From NCBI GenBank assembly GCA_030390025.1, contig CM059432.1, forward strand, positions 110,920,001 through 110,984,000: a stretch of DNA of 64,000 bases, read 5' to 3'. Position numbers and translations under genes: made by a program. Each line of letters opens with the position of its first letter. The first letter of the stretch is position 1. Under the pieces are notes generated by a model. The model did not search any database. It saw only the letters and a list, made by a program, of their open reading frames with translations, and was not told the DNA's origin. Below, one piece after another: positions 1 to 11,469 of the stretch. The DNA comes from Squalus acanthias. Taxonomy: Eukaryota.

Positions 1-217
1 GGGGATAGGATGGGATATGTTAGGGGGAATTAAATACGTGGGGTTACGGGGGTAGGGTGGGATATGGGTAGGGTGGGATATGTGTACTGTGGGGATTAAA
101 ACAGGGACGGGGTGCTGGATTTGGATGATCAGCCATGATCGTATTGAATGATGGAGCAGGCTCGACGGGCCGAATGGCCTACTCCTGCTCCTAGTTTCTA
201 TGTTTCTATGTTTCTAT
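1..217 (+). mobile_element. 3' part of an HE1-type V-SINE with CR1-derived tail, inserted into the Myb-side end of Harbinger copy 1
   Basis: Body matches the SINEs at 7535-7988 and 61511-61811. Ends in ggatgatcagccatgatc...gggccgaatggcctactcctgctcc(tttctatg)n. Harbinger sequence resumes at 218, matching copy 2 at about 20263. Confidence 0.85.
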
Positions 218-520
218 ATTAGCGCCTGGCGCTAATTATCGCCACTGACTGGAAACTTCACTTTTACCGCCCCGGGAGGTGAGTGGAGCGCTAAATCAGG
301 TGCTGCACACCTGTCTTAAGGCGCAAAGGCCGAGCAGTGAGGCGCTAACTCAGCACGCGAGCGCAGCGCAGGTGCTGCCAGTTAGCGAGGGAACGCAGAC
401 ACACTGGCGCCAGCCAGTTCTTAAAGCGGGGGGGGGCAACTTGCTCCCCAGCCACACCCTGCTCATTGCAGCCTTGAATCTCGGCCTGGAGAGACCTGTG
501 AATCCATTTTGCTGCCAAGG

Positions 521-2318
521 ATGGAGAGGGTGAGAGAACGAGCTCAGCGCTTCACTGAGCGGGCCTTGGATGCTCTGGTTGGCGCGGTGGAGCGCAGAAG
601 ATGTATACTCTTCCCTGAGAGTGGCAGGAGGCCTTTGCCATGCGAGTACAGAAGAGTGTGGAGGGAGGTGGCTCAGAGCATCTCCTCCAGGAGCATGGTG
701 CCCAGGACCCATGTTCAATGCCGCAAAAAGTTCAACGACCTCACTCGGGTCGTCAGGGTGAGTGGCTTTTTCTCAATACCTCTCCATCCCTCCATCTCAA
801 CCTCACTCTATGGCCAGAGGGTCTTAAAACCCCAATGCACAACATCCAACACCTATGGCCCTTTCATGAAACACACACACACATTCCACACTTTGCATAC
901 AGTAAGGGCTATTCACCGATGGGAGGCACATCAGGCAAGACCATGGCTGTATACAGTAAGGGCTATTCACCTATGGGAGGCACATCAGGCAAGACCATGG
1001 CTGTATATTTACTCAGATGCTGTCCTTTTTCTTGTAGGCCAAGCTGGCGCATAATAGGAGACAGCAGCAACGGACAGGTGGAGGGCGGCCTCAGCTGCAA
1101 CCCCTCAGCGATCTTGAGGAGCGCGTCCACAGGATTGTGGCAAGCCAGGTGATCGGTCCCGTCGCCACTGGAGACGCCGACCCCGTTCTGGACAGCAATG
1201 GTAAGGTCATCACCTTTTTGTCCTCTGACCTTCCACTTGTCCCTCACAACACCAGCCTTTGACACTTTCAATCCAACTTGCTAACTCGCTGCACTTATTC
1301 CTCCCTTACTGCCACCCTGTCCTCACGCTAAAGCCACTCTTGTACCTCCCTGCTTTCAGATGGTGATTCACCAGCTGAGGAGACGGGCCCTGAAGCTGCC
1401 AGTGGGAGTGAAGCTGCAGCTGAGGAGAAAGAGGAAGCCGGAGCATCAGTGCCACCCTCTCCCGAGGAAGCCCATGCCCACACTGGGAACACGCCTTCCC
1501 TGGAGGGGAGCAGGGGGGAAGGGTCTGATGAGGGTGAAGCTCCAGGACCCAGTGGGCTGCAGCAATGCCATGGGGGTAGGGAAGAACGGGGGCCTTCTCC
1601 CCAGAGGGAGAGTACAATGGACGCAGAGGAGGAGCGGCTGATCGCAGAAATGAACACCCAGGCGGTGGGCTTGCACACTGAGCTCATGGGTGCAGTGGGA
1701 AGGGTGCCCGAATGCATTGAGTCACTGGCAAGGAGTGTGGAGCACTTCGCTGTAGCACAGGCGGATGCCACACTAACGCTTAGTGCTGCAATTCAGTCAC
1801 TGACTGCCGTGATCCCATCTCTGACTGCTCTCATGCAGACTCAGATTGAGGCCACGCGAGCACTGACTGCTGCCAACCTCGATGGTTCGTTCACATGTCC
1901 CCGGGGCTCTCACCGCGCCGCAGCAGGCCAGCAATCTGTGCTCCAGCAGATTGCTCCGGATGCTGAAGTGCTGCCCCGTGGGAGTGCCAGTGTGTCGGGC
2001 GAGCAGGGAGTTGCTGTCCTCTCTCACGATGACAGCATTCCTGCTGCCAACACTGTCACTTCTCCACTGCACTTGCCACCGCCTGTAGGACAGACTGCTG
2101 CCGCCCATGCAGAGTTGGTGCAGTCTGCAGCCGGGCCCTCCAGGCCCAGAACTGGTCGAGGCCGTCCTTCAGGGGCATCTGCAGTGTCAGGGTCTAACGA
2201 TCAGCAGCCTTCCACCAGCCTTGCTGCAGCCACTGAGGTCCCATTACGGAGGAGCAGTAGGGTTAGAAGGGGGGAAGTGCGCAAGGGAAGGAGATCACCC
2301 TCGAAGGGCAAAAAGTAG
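521..2318 (+). CDS. Harbinger Myb/SANT (MSANTD/NAIF1-like) DNA-binding protein; exons 521-757, 1038-1200, 1360-2318; about 452 aa
   Basis: RF..ALDALV..VE...W..VA......RT..QCRKKFNDL motif followed by AKLAH..RTGGG. Canonical splice sites (AGG|gtgagt, ttgtag|GCC, AATG|gtaagg, tttcag|AT) keep one open frame to the stop at 2318. Confidence 0.88.
898..1008 (+). repeat. 54-bp tandem duplication in Myb-gene intron 1
   Basis: tacagtaagggctattcacc.atgggaggcacatcaggcaagaccatggctgta occurs twice; also present in copy 2 at about 19471-19581. Confidence 0.9.
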
Positions 2319-2630
2319 GAGGTGTGACAAAATGCTGGTCATTTTTTTATTAAAGGCCGAGGTTCGTGGTCCAACTTTTGTCTCGTGTTTTGGACATTAT
2401 CTCCAGGTTGTGAGAACCAGTTATGTTAATGACTGTTTTTTTGTGTTTATTTCTATGAGTTTGTCATGAGGAAATGACACACACAGAGTTTGTAAAATAA
2501 ATAAATTTTTGTATTCAAAATAAACATGTTTGGTGTTTGGAATCATTGGTGCCTTTGCCGGCTTAGGGGTTGCGTGCTGGGTTCATTGATGTTGTTAGCA
2601 ATGGCAGAAGCCATTTCCACAGCAGGGGCC

Positions 2631-3782
2631 CTATAAGCGGCTTGCTATCAGCCGTTGACGGACGGCCCTTGCAGTTTCACCATTGTGGGCCGCCCTCCCG
2701 CCTTGGTGCTGCTGATGATCATCCTCCTCGTCCTCTTCCTCCTCCTCCTCTGGTGGTGCTCCAAGGCCTGGTGGCATTGGCTGGGTCCTGACGATTGCCA
2801 TGTTATGCAGCATGCAGCACACAACTACGAAGTTGGATACTCGCTCAGGCGAGTACTGCAGGGCTCCTCCAGAATGGTTGAGACAGCGGAACCGTTGCTT
2901 CAGCACGCCGATTGTGCACTCAATGATGTTCCTGGTAGCTTGATGGCTCTCATTGTACCGCAGCTCAGCAGGGGTGTTGGGCGTACGGAGCGGTGTCATC
3001 AGCCAGGTGCTCAATGCATACCCCTTGTCCCCGAGAAGCCAACCAACTGGCTGATGCGGTGCCTCGAAAAGTTCTGCCACAGTAGTCTGGCGCAGGATGA
3101 AAGCATCGTGGCAGCTGCCAGGATAGTGGGCATTGACAGCGAGTATCAGCTGTCTGTGGTCACAGACCAACTGAACATTCAAGGAATGGAACCCCTTTCT
3201 GTTCCGGAATTCCTCGGTATTCTCATGTGGAGCACGCAAAGCCACATGCGTGCAGTCAATGGCGCCCTGCACCATGGGGAAGCCCGCTATCCTCGCAAAG
3301 CCCAGAGCGCAGTCACGCTGCTTGTCTGGGGTCATGGGGAAAGAGATGAACTCTCGTCTCCTTTTAAAGAGGGCATTTGTGACCTGCCGGATGCAGCAAT
3401 GCACCGCGAACTGGGAGATATTGGCGAGGTCCCCAGCAGCAGCTTGAAATGAGCCAGTAGCATAGAAGTTGAGAGCCACTGTGACCTTCACTGCCACCGA
3501 CAGAGACGTCCTGGACCTCAGTTGAGGCTGCAGATCTGGCTGCAGCAGGTGGCAGAGCTCAGTGACCACCTCCTTGCTGAATCGCAGCCTTCGCAAACAC
3601 AGCTCCTCAGACATATGAATGTAGGAGAGCTGTTCACGATATACCCTGGGAGAGTAAGCTCTCCTGTACATACGCCTGTTGGCCCTCCTCCGTCTGGCCA
3701 TCATTGCCACTCTCTCTCTGCGTCTCTGTGTCCTCCGATTCAGCTGGAGCAGGACGATGCCCCCATTCAGTGCAGCCCCCAT
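2631..3782 (-). CDS. HARBI1-like Harbinger DDE transposase, intact 383 aa
   Basis: Motifs GAIDCTHV, NRKGFHSLNVQLVCD, PGSCHDAFI, LLGDKGY, RNIIECTIGVLKQRFRCL, CCMLHN. ATG at 3782 is conserved with copy 2. No stops. Confidence 0.95.
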   Translation of the reverse strand: MGAALNGGIVLLQLNRRTQRRRERVAMMARRRRANRRMYRRAYSPRVYREQLSYIHMSEELCLRRLRFSKEVVTELCHLLQPDLQPQLRSRTSLSVAVKVTVALNFYATGSFQAAAGDLANISQFAVHCCIRQVTNALFKRRREFISFPMTPDKQRDCALGFARIAGFPMVQGAIDCTHVALRAPHENTEEFRNRKGFHSLNVQLVCDHRQLILAVNAHYPGSCHDAFILRQTTVAELFEAPHQPVGWLLGDKGYALSTWLMTPLRTPNTPAELRYNESHQATRNIIECTIGVLKQRFRCLNHSGGALQYSPERVSNFVVVCCMLHNMAIVRTQPMPPGLGAPPEEEEEEDEEDDHQQHQGGRAAHNGETARAVRQRLIASRL

Positions 3783-4295
3783 AGTCTCTTTGCAAGCAAA
3801 GTTAGGAAGGACAGCAACCAAAGTACCAGTGAAGTTAGGATCAGTAGGCAAAACTACCTCACAAAGCGTTGACTCAATGCAGAAGTCTCTCTTTCTCTCT
3901 CTCCGAATCTCTCTCTCTCTCTCTCAGAACGAGTGGTGCAAAAATGTCAACCACAGAAAAAGACAGGAAGAGGACCCTTTAAATAGCGTCCCCCCCCAAC
4001 CCCACAGCGATTGATAGCGTTCCAGTCTTGTGGTCGTTGGATGCGCCAGGCGGTAAGGCAGGGGGCGCCACTCAATTTCCGCTCCGGGGTGCCACAAGGG
4101 CGTTGCACCATGGAATGACGTCACAATCTGCGCGCGCAGGTGGTCGCAGCGGTAAAGTTTAGCGCCGCCGCACAATGTCTATTTAAGTTCCCGAGCGGCG
4201 CAAACATCGCTGCGCCCGGGCGCTAGTGGCTTTGCGCCCCATTAGCGCCCTCTTAAGGCGCTAACGGGAGGCGCAACCAACTGAATTTTTACCCC

Positions 4296-7186
4296 TCTGT
4301 GTCTTAATGCAAGGAGTATCCGTAATAAGGTGGATGAATTGACTGTGCAAATTGATGTTAACGGATATGATGTGATTGGGATTACAGAGACGTGGCTCCA
4401 GAACAATCAAGGCTGGGAACTGAATATCCAGGGGTATTCAACATTCAGGAAGGATAGAATAAAAGGAAAAGGGGGTGGGGTAGCATTGCTGGTTAAAAAG
4501 GAGATTAATGCAATAGCTAGGAAGGACATTAGCTTAGAGGATGTGGAATCAATATGGGTTGAGCTGCAGAACACCAAAGGGCAGAAAACGTTAGTGGGGG
4601 TTGTGTACAGACCTCCAAACAGTAGTAGTGAGGTGGGGGAGGGTATGAAACAGGAAATCAGAGGTGCATGCAAAAAAGGCGCAGCAGTTATCATGGGTGA
4701 CTTTAATATGCATATAGATTGGGCTACTCAAACTGGAAGCAATACGGTGGAGGAGGATTTCCTGGAGTGTTTAAGGGATGGTTTCCTAAACCAATATGTT
4801 GAGGAACCAACTAGAGGGGAGGCCATCCTGGACTGGGTGTTTTGTAAATGAGGAAGGACTAATCAGCAATCTTGTGGTGCAAGACCCCTTGGGGAAGAGT
4901 GACCATAGTATGGTGGAGTTCTACATTAGGATGGAGAAGGAAACAGTTAATTCAGAGACCATGGTCCAGAACTTAAATAAGGGCAACTTTGAGGGTATGA
5001 GGCATGAATTGGCGAGGTTAGATTGGCAAGCGATATTTAAGGGGTTATCAGTGGAAGGGCAATGGCAGACATTTAGAGATCGCATGGATGAACTACAGCA
5101 ATTGTACATCCCTGTCTGGCGTAAAAATAAAAAAGGGAAGGTGGCTCAACCATGGCTAACAAGGGAAATCAGGGATGGTATTAAAAGCAAGGAAGTGGCA
5201 TACAAATTGGCCAGAAGTAGCAGCAAACCCGGGGACTGGGAGAACTTTAAAACTCAGCAGAGGAGGACGAAGGGTTTGATTAGGGCAGGGAAAATAAAAT
5301 ATGAAAGGAAGCTTGCGGAGAACATTAAAACGGACTGCAAAAGCTTCTATAAATATGTAAAAAGAAAGAGGTTAGTAAAAACAAACGTAGGTCCCCTGCA
5401 GTCAGAAACAGGGGAAGTCATAATGGGGAACAAAGAAATGGCAGTTCAATTGAACAAGTACTTTGGTTCGGTGTTTACTGTGGAGGACACAAACAACCTT
5501 CCGGAAATAAAAGAGATCAAAGGATCTGGTAAGAGGGAGGAGCTGAGGGAAATCCTTATCAGTCGGGAAAAGGTGTTGGGGAAATTGATGGGACTGAAGG
5601 CTGATAAATCCCCAGGGCCTGATGGTCTGCATCCCAGAGTACTGAAGGAGGTGGCCTTGGAAATAGTGGATGCATTGACGATCATTTTCCAACATTCCTT
5701 AGACTCTGGATCAGTTCCGAAGGAGTGGAGGGTGGCTAATGTAACCCCTCTTTTTAAAAAAGGAGGGAGGGAGAAAGCAGGGAATTATAGACCGGTCAGC
5801 CTGACATCGGTGGTGGGTAAAATGATGGAATCAATTATTAAAGATGTCATAACAGACCATTTGGAAAGTGGCGACATGATAGGTCCAAGTCAGCATGGAT
5901 TTGTGAAAGGGAAATCATGCTTGACAAATCTTCTGGAATTTTTTGAGGATGTTTCCAATAGGGTGGACGGGGGGGAACCAGTAGTTGTGGTGTATTTGGA
6001 CTTTCAGAAGGCCTTCGACAAGGTCCCACACAAGAGATTGGTGTGCAAAGTTAAAGCACATGGGATTGGGGGTAATGTGTTGACGTGGATTGAGAACTGG
6101 TTGGCACACAGGAAACAAAGAGTAGGAGTAAATGGGTACTTTTCAGAATGGCAGGCAGTGACCAGCGGGGTACCGCAGGGTTCGGTGCTGGGGCCCCAGC
6201 TGTTTACATTATATATTAATGATTTGGACGAAGGGACTAATTGTAATATCTCCAAATTTGCGGATGACACTAAATTGGGAGGCAGTGTGAACAATGAGGA
6301 GGATGCTAGGAGGCTACAGAGTGACTTGGACAGGTTGGGTGAATGGGCAAATGTATGGCAGATGAAGTACAATGTGGATAAATGTAAGGTTATCCACTTT
6401 GGTGGTAAAAATAGGGAGGCAGACTATTACCTGAATGGTGGCAGATTAGGGAAAGGGGAGGTGCAACGAGACCTGGGCGTCATGGTACATCAGTCACTGA
6501 AGGTGGGAAGGCAAGTGCAGCAGGCAGTCAAGAAAGCAAATGGCATGATGGCCTTCATAGCAAGGGGATTTGAGTACAGGAGTAGGGAGGTGATGCTACA
6601 GTTGTACAGGGCCTTGGTGAGGCCACACCTGGAGTATTGTGTGCAGTTTTGGTCTCCTAACTTGAGGAAGGACATTCTTGCTATTGAGGGAGTGCAACGA
6701 AGGTTCACTAGATTGATTCCTGGGATGGCCAGACTGACATATCAAGAAAGACTGGATCAACTGAACTTGTATCCTCTGGAGTTCAGAAGAATGAGGGGGG
6801 ATCTTAGAGACATTTAAAATCCTGACTGGTTTAGACAAATTAGATGTGGGCAGAATGTTTCCAATGTTAGGGAAAACTAAAACCAGGGGTCACAGTCTAA
6901 GGATAAAGGGGAAGCCATTTAAGACTGAGATGAGGAGGAACTTCTTCACCCAGAGAGTGGTGAATCTGTGGAATTCTCTACCACAGAAGGTTGTTGAGGC
7001 CAGTTCGCTAAATATATTCAAAAGGGAGTTAGATATAATACTCACAACTAGGGGGATCAAGGGGTATGGCGAGAAAGCAGGAATGGGGTACTGAGGTAGC
7101 ATGTTCAGCCATGAACGCATTGAATGGCGGTGCAGGCTTGAAGGACCGAATGGTCTACTCCTGCACCTATTTTCTATGTTTCTATG
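4296..7186 (+). mobile_element. CR1 LINE (HER1-like): near-complete ORF2 (APE endonuclease + RT) with two frameshifts, plus 3' tail
   Basis: LCLNARSIRNK...GITETW, YRPP, MGDFN, SDH, KSPGPDG, YRPVSLTS, VPQGSVLGP, FADDTKL. Frameshifts near 4848 and 6810. Tail tttctatgtttctatg. Confidence 0.95.
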
Positions 7187-7415
7187 CACCCGGAAACCCG
7201 GAACTTGCGGGGCACTTAGCCATATACGCTGTGTGTATGCAGTCATAGGCCCTGGAAAATCTAGGCCAATGCCTCCGAACCGCAAGAAATGTACGCACCT
7301 ACTTGCTGCCTCCGTATCTTCGAAGACTCGCACTCCTGGGCCTGCAGGCGTAAGCCTGTGTAAAGGCCCACGTATCCCAGGGGTGCACGCAGTTCGCAAG
7401 CGTCCCTGGGAATCC
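7187..7415. mobile_element. Fragments of Harbinger-type non-autonomous elements
   Basis: TIR-like gaaaatctaggcc at about 7255-7267. 7271-7415 resembles the start of the MITEs at 8219 and 20546 (gtatcccag..gttcgcaagcgtccctggga). Confidence 0.55.
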
Positions 7416-7534
7416 CAACAACTGATTTGCTTTACACACCGCCGCCGAGGATCGAAGCGATAGCTTCAATTTATTGTCAGACAGTGCCTCCAGATTTCAT
7501 TGTCCATACAAATTATTTTCTTTCCATTTAGATA

Positions 7535-7988
7535 ATAGAAACATAGAAACATAGAAACTAGGAGCAGGAGTAGGCCATTCGGCCCGTCGAGCCTGCTCCA
7601 CCATTCAATACGATCATGGCTGATCATCCAAATCCAGTACCCTGTCCCTGCCCCCTCACACAGAATCCCCATCGAACCTGCACCGACACATATCCCACCC
7701 TATCCCCGTAACCCCACGTATTTAATTCCCCCTAACATATCCCATCCTATCCCTGTAACCCCACATATTTAATCCCCCCCTAACACTAAGGGTCAATTTA
7801 TCATAGCCAAATCACCTAACCCGCACATTTTTGGACTGTGGGAGGAAACCGGAGCACCCGGAGGAAACCCACGCAGACACGGGGAGAATGTGCAAACTCC
7901 ACACAGACAGTCACCCGAGGCCAGATTCGAACCCGGGTCTCTGGCGCTGTGAGGCACCAGTGCTAACCACTATGCCACCGTGTTGCCC
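7535..7988 (-). mobile_element. Full-length HE1-type tRNA-derived V-SINE
   Basis: Minus strand: A box tggcatagtgg, B box gttcgaatc, V-domain gtgtggagtttgcacattctccccgtgtctgcgtgggtttcctccgggtgctccggtttcctcccaca, CR1 tail (tttctatg)n. Confidence 0.92.
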
Positions 7989-8029
7989 GTTAATAGTCCC
8001 TTCCTGCATTTTTTGTCCCCATGTGAATT

Positions 8030-8212
8030 TTATTTTTTGCAATACTCTACACAGAATTTCATCTGCCACCTGTCTGCGCAATTCCCAAGTATATTCAAAT
8101 CCTCCTCTACCTTATCCTGTTCACCTTTGGAGTCTACCAGCTTCATTAGCTTTGTATCAGCTGCAAATTGAGCTATTGTTCTTGTGACTCCTAGCTCCAG
8201 ATCATTTATAAA
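8030..8212 (-). mobile_element. Old CR1 RT fragment
   Basis: IFINDLELGV..IAQFAADTKL...ADRWQMKF. Confidence 0.75.
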
Positions 8213-8218
8213 GATATG

Positions 8219-8943
8219 GGGCTGTATTTTCCGATCGGAGGCCTCCTGCAAACTTACAAACTTACCCGAGGGCTCTCGAGGTGCCTGTACTTCCGATCCT
8301 GGGCCTCTCCAAACTCCAAATGCGCAGGGCCCATGTATCCCAGAGGTGCAGACAGTTCGCAAGCGTCCCTGGGATCACGTAGGCCATGGGGAGCCAATAG
8401 AAGAAGGGAATATCCCTTCATACACTTGACAGATAGACCTGTCAAATATATGAATGGAGATCAATGAAAAAAAATAGTAAATCTTTAAATAAATTTAAAA
8501 AAAACCATCACCTTTGTAAAATTAGTTGAAATTACAATAAATTAAATATTTTAAACAAAAGTTTAATTTTTTGAAAAAAATTAAAGTTTTTTGCAGGGCT
8601 AAAAATAAACTTACTTTTTTAAAAGTATTTTTAAATGTTAAACGAGTGAAAAATATATATATTTTTTTACTTTTTTCAACTCTTATCCTGGTAAAAGCAG
8701 ACGTTACCAGGCATATGAATTCTAAGGGTTTTCTGCAGGTGGAGGGTCTCCAGAAAGCGGAACTCTCTGCCCATGGAGGCCCTTCTCCAGGGCAGGTGTC
8801 CGATCTATCAAGAGCATTCTTGACAGATCAGAAATACCGGTTTTCAGCGCATGCGGTGTGCATGCCTGAAACCTGCATTTCCGATGTCCCTACGGGTGGG
8901 TACACAGCGCGTACACACCCATAGGGATCGTAATATCTGGCCC
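8219..8943 (+). mobile_element. Harbinger-type MITE, hairpin family, copy A
   Basis: Imperfect 18-bp TIR gggctgtattttccgatc / gatcgtaatatctggccc. Flanks atg/att. Colinear with 20546-21292 and 41949-42671. Confidence 0.8.
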
Positions 8944-9622
8944 ATTAAACAAAAATGACCCCAAAATAGACACCTATGGGACCCTACTGGCAATATTCTC
9001 CCAGGCTGATGTAACCAATGTGGTTGACTCTTAACTTCCTCCGAAGTAGCCCAGCAAGCCACTCAGTTGTTTAAGGCAATAAATGCTGGTCTTGCAAGCA
9101 GTACCCACAGCCGGAGAATTAATAAAATGCCCCTGCTTCTGCGATGCCCTGACCACAGGTGCGGGCTGGGGTGTGGTCTGAAAATCTGACCCTGCGAGAG
9201 GCAGTCAGAAACAAGTGCAGATTTTGTACAGAAAAATGCAAAAAAAAAGTTCAAAAAGCATTTCATGACTGCAAAAATCACTCTGAAGTTTGCAGACTCT
9301 CCAGTTCACAAACTCCTTACCTGCCTTGATCAGGTGATCCTGGCAAATACTGCACCTCATATATCTGAGCCTACATTATCCGGAGTGCAGTATAAAACCG
9401 GGAAACACGTGACTGGTTTACCACGAGCTCTCACTGACGTGGACAAATGAGACCAGTGAATAGATCACGGGAAGGCTCAAGTGTAAGGAAATGCGGGGAA
9501 AGCATTTTAACGGCACATAAGCAACTTCCACGCGAAAACATTTCCTGCACCGTTTCTACACTACTGATATTGAAAATGGTGAGGAAATTCACTCCCTCCC
9601 TGTTGAGCAGACTTTTTCCAAG

Positions 9623-10675
9623 TTACAACAACAACTTGTATTTATATAGCACCTTTACATAGAAACATAGAAGATAGGAGCAGGAGTAGGCCATTCGGCC
9701 CCTCGAGCCTGCTCCGCCATTTAATGAGATCATGGCTGATCATCCAAATTCAATACCCTGTCCCTGCTTTCTTCCCATATCCCTTGATCCCTTTAGCCTT
9801 AAGAAATATATCTGACTCCTTCTTGAATATCTTTAATGAATTGGCCTCAACTGCCTTCTGTGGTAGAGAATTCCACAGGTTCACCACTCTCTGGGTGAAG
9901 AAATTCCACCTCATCTCAGTCCTAAATGGCTTACTCCTTATCCTTAGACTGTGACCCCTGGTTCTGGACTCCCCCGCCATCGGGAACATCCTTCCTGCAT
10001 CTAGTCTGTCTAGTCCTGTTAGAATTTTATAAGTTTCAATGAGATCCCCTCTCATTCTTCTAAACTCTAGCGAATACAAGCCCAATCATCCCAATCTCTC
10101 TTCATACGTCATTCCTGCCATCCCAGGTATCAGTCTGGTGAATCTTTGCTGCACTCCCTTCATGGCAAGAACATCCTGTCTCAGATAAGGCGACCAACAC
10201 TGCACACAATACTCAAGGTGTGGTCTCACCAAGGCCCTGTACAACTGCAGCAAGACATCCTTGCTCCTGTACGCGAATCCTCTCGCTATGAAGGCCAACA
10301 TACCATTTGCCTTCTTAACCGCCTGCTGCACCTGCATGCTTACCTTCAACGACTGGTGCACGTAGTAAAACGTCCCAAGGAGTATTTTAAGACAAAAAAT
10401 TTGACACCGAGCCACATAAGGATAAATTAGGGCAGGTGACCAAAAGCTTGGTCAAAGAGGTAGGTTTTAAGGAGCATCTTAAAGGAGGAAAGAGAGTTAG
10501 CGAGGTGAAGAGGTTTAGGCAGGGAATTCCAGAGCTTAGGGCTGAGGCAACAGAAGGCACGGCCACCAATGGTTAAGCGATTATAATCAGGGATGCTCAA
10601 GAGGGCAGAATTAGAGGTGCGCAGATATCTCGGGGGGTTGTGGGGCTGAAGGAGATTACAAATATGGAGGGGCAA
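9623..10675 (-). mobile_element. L2-type LINE 3' fragment (9623-9659 plus 10362-10675), split by a CR1 insertion
   Basis: GGRAF....PKLWNSLP......SLSSFKMLLKTYLF; tail aaaggtgctatataaatacaag(ttg)n. Confidence 0.75.
9659..10361 (-). mobile_element. 5'-truncated CR1 LINE
   Basis: LYRALVRPHLEYCVQ, RRMRGDLIETYKI, FFTQRVVNLWNSLP, and CR1 3' tail. Confidence 0.92.
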
Positions 10676-10677
10676 GG

Positions 10678-11208
10678 CCCTGAGGAAAGATTGGATAGGC
10701 TGGGGCTGCTTTCTTTGGAACAGAGGAGGCTGAGGGGAGACTTGATTGAGGTGTATAAAATTATGAGGGGCCTAGATAGAGTGAATAGGAAGGACCTATT
10801 TCCCCTAGCAGAAAGGTCAATAACCAGGGGCATAGGTTTAAAGTAATTGGTAGAAGGATTAGAGGGGAGTTGAGGAGAACTTTTTTCACCCAGAGGGTGA
10901 TGAGGGTCTGGAACTCACTGCCTGAAAGGGTGGTAGAGACAGAAACCCTCATCACATTTAAAAAGTACTTGGAAATGCACTTGAAGTGCCGTAACCTACA
11001 AGGCTACGGACCAAGAGCTGGAAAGTGGGATAAGGCTGGATAGCTCTTTTTCAACCGCCACAGACACGATGGGCCGAATGGCCTCCTTCTGTGCTGTAAA
11101 TTTCTATGATTCTACATGGAGTTAGGTCACAGATCAGCCATGATCTCACCGAATGGCAGAACAGACTGGAGGGGTTAAATGGCCTCCTCCTGTTCCTATG
11201 TTCCTATG
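10678..11208 (+). mobile_element. CR1 3' fragment (to about 11114) followed by a second CR1 tail
   Basis: LEQRRLRGDLIEVYKIM; tails tttctatgattcta and gttcctatgttcctatg. Confidence 0.85.
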
Positions 11209-11469
11209 CTGGTGTAGTCCACTCAGATATTTAGGGCAAATACAGGATAAAGTTAATGAGCTTCAGGTTTGAGATTTAATGCTGTAATGACGTAAAATTT
11301 TCAAGCATAGTAAATGGATCTCTGCCTGACAACACCGATAGTCTTTGACAGTTACATCATAACCACTATTCCATTTATATGGAACTGTATTCAACCCCCT
11401 TAACTTTGTCAAAAATTGTGTAATTGTGGAATATCCCGCTGACTCAGCAACTTTATCCCGTGAACAGCA

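Larger units (their letters stand above)
218..4295. mobile_element. PIF/Harbinger DNA transposon copy 1 (Myb gene +, transposase -); Myb-side terminus lies upstream of the window
   Basis: Colinear with copy 2 in inverted orientation. Right TIR aatttttacccc ends at 4295. Carries convergent Myb/SANT and DDE transposase genes. Confidence 0.95.

Noticed and set aside
2655..3452. Long antisense ORFs over the transposases (also 17015-17821) and over CR1 RTs
   Set aside because: No recognisable motifs; shadow frames of GC-rich coding sequence.
2631..3782. Host HARBI1 gene (and NAIF1/MSANTD for the Myb ORF)
   Set aside because: Multi-copy, intronless transposase inside TIR/TSD-bounded units, so transposon genes rather than the domesticated loci.
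3783..3851. N-terminal extension of the transposase from a TTG start
   Set aside because: Not conserved as an open frame in copy 2; the ATG at 3782 matches the copy 2 start.
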